DNA from: Eledone cirrhosa
Taxonomy: Eukaryota
Direction: 5' to 3'
Assembly: GCA_964016885.1 (NCBI GenBank)
Contig: OZ024743.1
Location: forward strand, 12,524,001 to 12,588,000
Length of the DNA: 64,000 bases
Both the position numbers and the translations under genes were made by a program. Below the pieces are notes generated by a model. That model ran no database searches and was not told the DNA's origin. It worked only from the letters and a program-made list of their open reading frames with translations. Below, piece by piece: positions 13,101 to 23,131 of this stretch. Numbering within the stretch: position 1 is the stretch's first letter; each line of letters begins with the position of its first letter.

Positions 13101-16100
13101 AAAAGTCAGTCAAAAAAGTTTACTGATTAGAGTTATTTGTGATCAAAATATTTCTTTACAACTTACACTATGAATCAATGAGCCTTTACACAGTTATTCG
13201 ATCTGCTAGAAATAGCAGTCAAATTTTCCTCAAAACATTGTTGTCTTTAACAAATAGGACACACAAGACAATGTAATATATTGCTAATAAAAAAAAGGCA
13301 GGATGGTCACAGCTGGAACACCTTTGATCTATTAGAGCTAATTGGGGGCTAATCAAAAGCCTATACTTTATATTTACAGAGGTACTGGACTACTAGCCAT
13401 ATACATTCAGGAGTTTACCACTAAATCTACTGCTTTGTTCCAAAGGAACTAGATTCTGTTCAGATCATTTTATTTGAGAGAGAGGGCGAGAGAGATCCCA
13501 AAAGGATAAAATGCGAAGTTCACCTTAGTGGAATTAGAACTCAGAATACAAAGAGCAGGAACAAATACTGCAAAGCATTTTATCCAATGTTCTAATTATT
13601 TTTCCAATTCACTGCTTTAATATACACACATAAAATTTAAGTAAAATAAACAAAATATTCTACCAGTAGTTTTTTCATTAATAGTGGATTCCACAAGTTT
13701 GATAATTTCATCTTCTGTGATTTCTTTCTCTTCTTTGGGTGGTAAAATTCCTTTGGCTCGGAGAACATCATTCCACTCAGTATCTTCATTTGGATTCTGA
13801 AGAGAGATTTAAATAAATTTTCAATTCACAATGTGCAGTAAGACTAAAGCCTCACCTCACCATAAAAGATCCTTAAACATGTGGAAACAAACACACATGT
13901 TAATTTGTGGTTTCCTTTTGTAAAAGAAAGTCCAGAAGTTACCTGAAGTTTATATAGCAAGTATGGTGATTCAAGCCCTTTGTTATTATTTTAGCCCTTT
14001 AGGAGGCGGTGGTTTGGCAGTATCGGTAGAGCGTCAGGCCCTTTACGGTCTAAGTTCAAATCCCACTGAGGTTAACTTTACCTTTCATCCTTACGGAGTC
14101 GATAAATAAAGCGCCTGTAATGTACTGGGGTAATTGCTGGCCTTGTGCCAAAAGTAGAAACAATTATTTTAACCCTTTTACAATATATACTATTATATTT
14201 TCACGATAAAGGCTTTACCTCAAATAATATCAAATCTATGAGATTGACGTTATTTATTTTGAGAACAATACCTTGACATAAATATGAACAGCTAGTTATA
14301 GCCGGTTTGAACAGAAAGAGGTGAGAGAATTCTGGCCAGATTTTGTTTTGGCAATACAGTTTGTAAGCTCAAGATTATGGCAATATTTATTTATTGATCT
14401 AATACTGAATTAAATCATGTTGTTATGACAGAGTTGTATCCTTTCTCTACTGCAAGCAACCACATTGTTCTCCCATATTTCCTATCTTTCTTAGCATAGA
14501 ATGTGCACTTGACTTAGCACAGGGCATGCACATGAATGCGATAATATTAGAAATAATGGAGAATACTAACCATAATATACGGGGAATAAAAATCAATAAA
14601 TGTGTGTTTGAGGAGGAAATTTCTTTAAGCAGAATGAAAAAGATAATGGACAATCTGGAGTTAAGACAGATCAGATTCTAGAAAGTAAAGCTTCATAAAT
14701 AATATAAAATAGATGTAGAGAAGATCTGAAGCTGCTGTCATGCCAAGGTGTTGTTGATCTACCAATAAAATTAACATGTCACAAATCATTTTTATATTTG
14801 TTTGGTTTTGGAGAAATCGGTTGTACCCACTGCATTGCAGGTTTACAGAGACTGATGAGATAAATGCAGTTAATATTCTCTTGAGTAGTTGCAAGTCAAT
14901 GGTTACAGAAAAAAACATGAACTGGGAGAAAATTCCAGGTGGATAAGGATCTGAAGAGGAAGGACTGCACATAGTAGCTAGTGTGGGGCTTGGAGGTGGA
15001 CATAATATGTGTAAGGAGAGGAGAGGGGCAGAGTAGGAACTGTGACAGTGGTATGAGATCAGCTAATTACAAGCAGAGACTATTGTAGTCATTGCAAAGA
15101 GGCAGAGAAATTAGACAGTATGTCTGTAGGCTACAAGTTGATGTTTGCTGGAGAGCCACTTCAAGCCAAAAAGTTGGGAGGCCTTCCTTTGGATGTGGGA
15201 TAAAATGCCTGTATGTATAGCAGTCATCACCAGGTGAGATATTGGAGCAGTATTCCAATGTGGGGTCATACCTGAGCTATGTAGAAAGTTTGAATTTGTT
15301 GGGCATTGAAAGATTTTTCTAGCTTTGAAGAAAAAAACCAGTCTTTGTGATGTCATCTTTGTTATGTTGAGATATGTATTTGCAAAGAGAGTGATAGTGA
15401 CTTGTAGTATTTGCAGAGACTTTGGTAGTTCTAGTTGGGTTTTATTCATATTTAGATATTGTTTTTCTTGATAAGCAGAATTCATATTATTGTTCTGTTA
15501 AAGAAGTCAAGCTAGGTATGACCCTACTAGAGAATGTTTTCAAGATATCTGATCATGGAATTAATGCAAGTTTGGAATGAAATATCTTGGCTGCATATGG
15601 ATTATGATTGTGTGCAGAAAGCTAAGAAGGAATGAATGGTAGTATCACCTGCATAGGAGCAAGCATTATTGAATGTGAGAGCAAGTAAGCCACTGATGTA
15701 TTGGAAGAAGAGAGTGGAAGACAAAACCAACACTTAAGGCAGAGAGTGAGTGCCATTAGCACATGCTGTAATGTTGTGGTCTAACAGGAAGCCTGTGATC
15801 CAAGAGATAGATGGAGCCTATAGCCAAGCAGCTGCAACTAGAAATTTGTGTGCCAGACATAAATAATTCTTTAGTTGTTGTAGAATAGGATAATAGTTGA
15901 GTGATTATTTTGTAACACTTAGAATCTTAAAGCAATAGACTTTCTGGAATAGCGGCAGGAAGTATCTTTCTTCTGCTTAATGCCAGTGAATCCAGAACTA
16001 AGTGAATTAACTTTATGAATCTGACTGCAAGTCATATTGACTATGAATAAGAATAAAGTTGTTACTCTGATTTCCATAGAATTAAAGTTTTTATTTGTTT

Positions 16101-18956
16101 TGTGGTAAGTTTATTAAAAAAGTTGTAAGGGTGAATAAGACTTAAAAATAAAAATAAAAATAAAATTAACCATCTTGCCAACAACAACCCTGAGTACCTT
16201 TTTGATTTCCATGTGTCTAACACACGTGGGCATGCCCACAAAGTCAGAAAACAGCACAGCTCCTATGACTTTCAGAAACATTTTTTCACGCTCAGAGTTG
16301 CTGAAGCATGGAACAAACTACCTGCATCAGTTATTAGCTGTCGAGACACTGCATCCTTTAAAACCTCCATGCTTCCTGAGATTCGCCAACACTACACCTA
16401 ATATTCCCCCTCCATATACACGCACACATGTATATCATGACTCATATACTATTCACTTCCCTGACATTTGTATATTATTCTATATACTATACATGCACCT
16501 TTGACGAGTTGTAGTGCACCTGAGCACTGTACACAATAATTTCATTATTATTATTATTATTATTATTATTAAATAGCTTAGTCTCATTAAGATAATGACA
16601 ATGTAAGCAAAATGGAATTTGAACTGGAATCGGCAAACTTTTTTTGTAATTGTTTTTCGTCTTACAGGTCAAGGGAAAAAATGAATACAATGCATATCGA
16701 CGAATTAGAACTGCGAAATAACAACGATAGAGTTGTAACAGGAAGACAAAAGCATACGGCAGCCACGATTGGTTTATCCAAAAAGAACCAGTAATTATTT
16801 TTTGTCGCCCCCTTGTTTGGGACGCGTTAATCTGTTTTTCCATTCACCTATTGATTAACATTTCGCACTTGGTCAAACTTCCATTTTTTGTTTTTACTAA
16901 TCTCACTCTTCTTCTTGGGAGTTTCTTGGGGGAAGAGTCCTCAGATACGCCTTCCAGAGGGTTCTCTCAGAAGCAACAGTCCCCAATTAATCTGGCTGGA
17001 ATCCCAAGCAAAACCAACCACGATCATGGATGTTATGCAACCATACTACTCGTGGTTTACCCCAGGGTCTCTTGCCGGTTGGCTTTGCTCGTAAAATATA
17101 TCCAGAAATTCTTTCCTTAGACATTCTAACCACATGTTCAAAGTATCATAGGTGTGACTTTCCGAGAAGTAGCTGCTCTAATTTATATAAAATACTGATT
17201 CATTTGAAGCCAATGCAAAAAATGAAACTTTTATCGATACTGAAATTGTTCGCTAACTAAAGATTGATAAGGAAAACGAAAAACTTTTGTATTCAACGTT
17301 ACCAATTCGATGACGTCTGCGACCCGGGTGACTAGAGGCTACGGACTGTAGATCGAAATTTGATCCCAAACGCAAGTAAATAGTCCGAGCCTCTACCTTT
17401 TCGACCACTCCTCTGATATATTTAATTGTATTTCTAAGTTTAAAACAAAACCAAATGAAACGCAAGAGAAACAATTGAAGCTAACTAAACAATAAACGTC
17501 ATGTAACCGAAAGGATTTTCCATATATGGTCAGAACCCAGATTGTTAACCGTCGACACATTCTAACATGAATTATTATTTTTCTAACAAAACAAAATACG
17601 ATAATAAATGACTCCCTACTAGAACGTCTACACTTAATCATTTACTTTTCGTAAATGTTACATACTTGTTTTGGTTTTATATTTTACTTATGAATCATTT
17701 AAGGTGCTCCAACACTAGGGCAGTCAGTAATGCTGCGTCGCCGAAGAATAGGTCTTTGGATTTTCTTGTGCTAAAATGTTTGTTAACTCACTGCAAGACA
17801 TAATTTATTTAATTATTTTTACTTTGTACATAAATTTTTTTTGAAGAGTGGACAATCTGACAATATAACAACGTAGCCTTCGAGAAATGACAACTTCTTC
17901 GACTGCTCAACCAATTGATGAGAAATTCTTTATAGAACATTGTATTTAGATATGAGAATAAAGACAAACTTTCGATAAGTGTAGAACGTAAATAGAAAGT
18001 TTATTGGTTGGTTTACTCATGGTTTTAAATCGAAGCACAACAGGCCAACTCAGGTGCCATCGATTTACTTACTGTTGGATATTGAATATAAAATGAAGAA
18101 TGTAAATACGTTCATGATCGAAATATGAAGGTTAAATTAACAAATATTTCAGTTCTTGAATTATTTTCAGTGAATTGTCAAATACTTCTAAATGAGTGGC
18201 AAGCATTGTGGACTGTATACCACACAGACTTCGCTAATGAGACTATATACATTCTTGATTTTGTCTTTAATATCCTTCTATAATTAGGGCTGATAATTGT
18301 AAATAGACGGGATCCGTGTAGGTCAGTCATGGCTAAATTAGTATTAGTTCGATTTAATAGAGAGAAATTATTTAACACATAGGAGCGAAGGCTTATGTTA
18401 GTTACGGGTGGGATAAGGAAAGCGAAGAATTGAGACATTCATGTTTTCTTAGATAATCATTTTTAGAATTTCTAAGTGGAGCGAGCACGTGTTGTTCGAA
18501 TGTAATTAGAATATTTGTAAGATGATTCTTGATTCGCCCTAGGCATGTTATATTCAAGAATCGTTCACTCGTAAATTTGTTAAAATTAAAATCACTGTAA
18601 GAATATAGGAAAAAAGTAGATTAAAGATTTGTATAGTTGTTACATCTATAAACTTCAGTTCCACCCCTTTCTAAGTTAATAGCATCAAACAGGAACTTAC
18701 TTACCATTTGAATGTTATTAAGTCACTTATATAGTAATCAATTCCTCGCTAATTTGATGTAAACTAAAGTAGATAGAAGACATTAACGTAGTCATTCTTA
18801 GAACACTTGGATTTGATAAAGACTAAAAGAGCAACGACAATTAAGCATGTGAAAGAATTAAGTTAGCTTTATCAGGTAGTTATCCGAACAATCTATATAC
18901 ATAAATATACGAGCATTTAATAAGTGAAAAAAAAGTTAGTTGAAACTTACTTGCAT
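7039..18956 (-). CDS. PDCL3: Phosducin-like protein 3 (PhLP2A/VIAF), whole gene, 6 coding exons, 241 aa
   Basis: join(18951-18956,13664-13796,12967-13057,12362-12505,11660-11868,7039-7181). All introns are GT-AG and phases are consistent (726 nt). Translation [23 protein letters not shown]...[23 protein letters not shown]...[30 protein letters not shown]...DSDDENDW matches the PDCL2/3 family. Confidence 0.93.
7385..9742 (-). mobile_element. RTE-clade LINE, 5'-truncated, in PDCL3 intron 5
   Basis: ORF 8625..9722 is a reverse transcriptase ([40 protein letters not shown]), followed by a frameshifted PHD-like finger and C-terminal ORFs 8191..8586 and 8094..8285; (GAT)n-type tail at 7385. Confidence 0.92.
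11660..11868 (-). CDS. PDCL3: PDCL3 exon 5 (thioredoxin-like fold)
   Basis: Within ORF 11652..11978; [57 protein letters not shown]; donor gtaagt. Confidence 0.95.
12362..12505 (-). CDS. PDCL3: PDCL3 exon 4
   Basis: tttag|...|gtgagt; (R)[47 protein letters not shown]. Confidence 0.93.
12967..13057 (-). CDS. PDCL3: PDCL3 exon 3
   Basis: ttcag|...|gtgggt; (E)[29 protein letters not shown]. Confidence 0.92.
13664..13796 (-). CDS. PDCL3: PDCL3 exon 2
   Basis: tcag|AATCCA...ACTG|gtag; [44 protein letters not shown]. Confidence 0.92.
14024..14167 (+). mobile_element. tRNA-type SINE, internally deleted
   Basis: Same family motifs (A-box, GTTCAAATCCC, CCTTTCATCCTTACGG, GTGCCAAAAGTAGAAAC). Confidence 0.8.
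15060..15870 (-). mobile_element. Decayed L2/CR1-group LINE RT fragment
   Basis: Minus translation [15 protein letters not shown]...SYAGDTT (YADD region) and LEYCSNI (LEYCS motif). Confidence 0.65.
16170..16570 (+). mobile_element. CR1-type LINE 3' end with (ATT)n tail
   Basis: ORF 16213..16401 [34 protein letters not shown] (TRGH...FF..RV...WN.LP motif); the same 3' UTR occurs inverted at about 4350-4450. Confidence 0.8.
18951..18956 (-). CDS. PDCL3: PDCL3 coding exon 1 (MQ)
   Basis: Minus strand aaaATGCAA|GTAAGT gives a start codon followed by a perfect donor; phase 0 joins NPNEDTEW. Confidence 0.75.
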
Positions 18957-19249
18957 TTTAATAGTGAGAAGGTAACAGGCTACGAAGCTACATATATAAT
19001 ACCAAATAGGGATCAGCGACTTTCCTGTTTATTTATTTATTTATTTGTTAATCTGTTAAAGGGGGTTAACTCTAACGACTTCCGCTACAAACGTTTGAAT
19101 TACGCTGTAACACTTCGAAACTAATTTCACTATACTTTTTTTTTCACATTCTCATACGGCATGAACAAACACCAACCATCATCACTTCCATCTTAAAAAA
19201 ACAACAACTGATAATAAGATTCCTAAAGTAAAAGAGAAAACAATTTACT
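18957..19249. promoter_or_regulatory. Probable bidirectional promoter and 5' UTR region shared by PDCL3 and NUP42
   Basis: Divergent ATGs at 18956 (-) and 19250 (+) with only 293 bp between them; repeat-free and with more CpG than the flanks. Confidence 0.6.
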
Positions 19250-19340
19250 ATGGTTATTTGTAAATTTTTTGTGCAAGGTACTTGCCGTTATGGTAATAAG
19301 TGCTGGTATGAACATCCACGAGGCGCTAGCGGTGGTAACA
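19250..19340 (+). CDS. NUP42: NUP42 exon 1 (CCCH zinc finger)
   Basis: [30 protein letters not shown] then A|GTAAGT. Confidence 0.92.
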
Positions 19341-20202
19341 GTAAGTAAACCATTACTCCAGTTTGTTTATGTTTATCTTCAACTTGACTTTCATATATTG
19401 TTCCTCGTATGAGGAATGTCTGTTTTCACTATATCTCTTGTCTAGCTTCGCGTAAATGGTTATGTTTCTTGTATATATTTACTTATCTTTTAAGAAACAT
19501 TTAACAGTAATAAACTAGAATTGACCGAACACTTTTAATATATATTTTGAATTTAACTGAACAGAAAAAGTTTTTATTGTGTTGCTTTTTCTGTCGAAGC
19601 TCAATTGCGGCACTGAAATCACTCCTTTAATTTGTTTTCTCAGCGTTCCTTGTATAATAACCATATAATCATTTGGCGTTCGTTTTATTTCATCTATTTC
19701 TTTATTAATTTTTTTTCATTAAACTAAAATTTGAACTCGTTGAGTAAGAGCGATAGTTTTGTTTGCTTGGGTTTTAGAGATGTTTCACTCATACCAATGT
19801 ATTAACTTTTCGCATCTTCGAGTGTTTTGTGACCGCCTCAAACAATTCGATTGGTATCTGCTCTACTGCGACTACAACTTCGATTTATACCATATATACA
19901 TGGTGTCCCAAAAATGTATACACACTTCAACAGCATTCTAATAAATAATTGTTTCTACTTTTGGCACAAGGCCAGCAATTACCCAGTACATTACTGGTAC
20001 TTTATTTTATCGACCCCGTAAGGATGAAAAGCAAAGTTAACCTTGGAGGGATTTGAACTCAGTCCGTAAAGGGACGTAACTCTATGCTAGAAAGCATGGC
20101 GTCCGACCCTCTACTGATACTGCCAATCCACTGCCCAGCATTCTAATAAATAATATTACCTGTACAGGTAATCAAAGTATGTATACATTTTTGGGGGACA
20201 TC

Positions 20203-20255
<53 letters not shown>

Positions 20256-22697
20256 TGAAAGAGTGAAGAATAACATGGTCGGCTGTTCAAAAAGGGTTTT
20301 ATTTACAGTATTAACAATTGTTTCATTGATCAGGTGAGTCTAAAGGCCGTTAATCACTCGAAGTTGCGTCACACGACTTTAAATATGGAATACTGGAGGG
20401 TGTAATACATAGCATTAGTATTTATAGATACATCAGAGAATCAATTGAATGAAAACAATAATAAAAGATAGTAATAAAGAAGTAAAAATGATAAAGATGT
20501 AAAAAATAAGTACAAAATACGGTCGCTGATAATAGTGGTAGTTGAAGTTATAATGGTGAGTACTACTATTACTCCAAGAATGACCTGCATGGGAATTCTC
20601 TCAAACTGGCTACCTAACTAAGGAAACCTCTTGTTGAGTCGAACAACGCCGTACGTTAAAACTATCCATAGTACAGAGTACTCACAACCTCAAACTGGAT
20701 TACCTAAAACGATAACTTGTTATCCCATATATATATATAAGTAGTTACACAACAGTTAGTACACCATTTCCGAGGACAAATTGTTTCTCCTCAACGGATC
20801 ATCAGCTCGGTTTACATTTTTTCTGAATATCTCCCCCACCTTATTCTCTTCACCATATCTTCTTTAATGTGGTGCTAGATTTGTAAATCCTTCGATGATA
20901 AACAAAGGGTAATACATGACACTTATGTTTACGCATCTCTTGGAAGTTTAATAACTTTTCTTTGACAAGTTGATTATTTATATTTACATCCACACTTTGT
21001 GTGTGTGTATGTAAAAACTACTTTTGTTAGAGAACCTAAATAAAATTAGAATATAAACGCAAGTTCGTGGATTTCTCAACAGGGACATTCTGGGCGTCAA
21101 TCTATCTAGAAATAATATGCAAAAAGAAAGAAAAAACCCCCAAAAGACGACGTTATACAATGTCGAAATTTACACAGCGCAATTTTCAATAGTGCTGATA
21201 TTATTTTGAAATCAATTAAGTATGGAAAATAAATGTTAAATCAATTACGGGAGGAATAAAATACATTAATAAGGAAATATTTCAATGAAATTTTCCTGCC
21301 GTAAACTATCGTTTGTAGTAACATGAAAGTGAAAGTAAGTCGGCGATGGCAAGCTGTATTAAATAGAATTCGGCCGTAAAATGAAAGTAAGTTTATTTAT
21401 AAATTGTTTATATATTAAACATCTCACTATCTTGCCTTGGTTTTATCTATTGATGAGTGGTAACTGATTGGAAAGAAAATGTTGTTATTGAACAGGTTGG
21501 TGTATGTACTTACAGAATAGTTAACTGGTGTAATTTCCGATAAGAATTGGAGTAGTGGAATAAGATGAATCAAAATTTATGAACTCCAAGCACCGTCATG
21601 GTCGTTATTGAGATTGGCATTGGGTTCTAGGGATAGATGTGTTTTTGTGCCCGTCTTGAATTGAAATAATTCCACTTTATTGCCCATGATAATTCAGCAT
21701 GTGTGACCAGACATTCACGTTATAACAAATTGCTTGTGTGCTTGTCAATAACTGCCAAATTAGATATTATTATCCAACATCATCAAAAGTGCTTTGGCTC
21801 CGGCAAACATTCCCGTCAGTTTTGGAAGCATCTCGGTTTTCCAGAATTGATGGGAAATTGTTCGTTTGTCCACACCTTTTGCTTGCCTTTTGATGTATGT
21901 GGTCCAAGATGTGTGTATTACCTGCTTGTGTTTTTTTCTTTTCCTTTTCTCTTTTTATTTGTAATATTATTTATACAATTGTGAATACAATATGAAAAAA
22001 AAAATTATTTTACTTCCATTAATACCAAATATAATTTTCTTTAACATTCAGATAGCTTTCAGTTCATTTTATTCTTGATTGTTGGCAATTATATGTTTTA
22101 ATTTCTTCCTCGATTTTTATGATACTCCAACTAAAAGACTATCAGTCTAGCCACCAAGCAGTGGTCATGGAGAAGCACTTATATAAATATCGCAACCTTG
22201 TCAGTGACACCCTAATTTATATAATCACATTACTATATATATTTATAAAGAATTTAATAACTTATAAACTAAAAGGGAGTTGAGTTGTAATTGGCAAGTT
22301 TGTTTGTGAGCTATTTCTTACGTTCCTATGAACGCAAGAAATAGCTCACATATTGTATGTGTGCCATTTAAGACAACTCATTTGATTGCTGGCTGGTGAG
22401 TATTTTTTGCTTCCATCAAATGGATATATCTTATCTTATTATTGGAGACTCCCTTTGATGATAAACGTGTCTCATGATATTGATTGTCTTCATTCATTGT
22501 GTTGAAACTGCAGCAAGGGAAATTGATGTGGGTGTAAATATCTTTACTTTAATTTTATTTTGCTCGTGTCTCCCCTTGTTTGGGAATTCAAAACGTTATA
22601 TTATTAAATTGTTTATATTGCTCTGAATTTGGTTTCTTTTTACAACTATTCATTGAGCTGTCTATGGTGCATTTGGACCTTATTATCTATATTTCTG

Positions 22698-22730
<33 letters not shown>

Positions 22731-23100
22731 CGAAGGAAATGTGGTAAGGCACCAGATAGACCATAACGCACCAAAGTACTCAATACTTAGGGTAGTAGAG
22801 TGGGTAATAGGAACGAGTAGGACCCCGACGGCTGAGCTCAAGCCGTTTCGACGGCTAATTCTGGACAGAATTAGCCGTCGAAACGGCTTGAGCTCAGCCG
22901 TCGGGGTTCTACTCGTTCCTATATATATATATATATATCCGTATGTGCAGAGCAACAAGGCTCACTTTTTAGCTTTAATAATATTAAATATATATATAAA
23001 CATTTTTGAAAATAGGTCAAAGGCAGCTCAGTTTTGATAATTACAATGATGGCAGAGAGAGCAGAGGAAATGTTTTCCAATCCAATAATCGACAACAGCT

Positions 23101-23131
<31 letters not shown>

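Noticed and set aside
15645-15655. ATGCAG|GTGA as the PDCL3 first exon
   Set aside because: It lies in the YADD region of a decayed LINE; 18951-18956 has a better donor and promoter context
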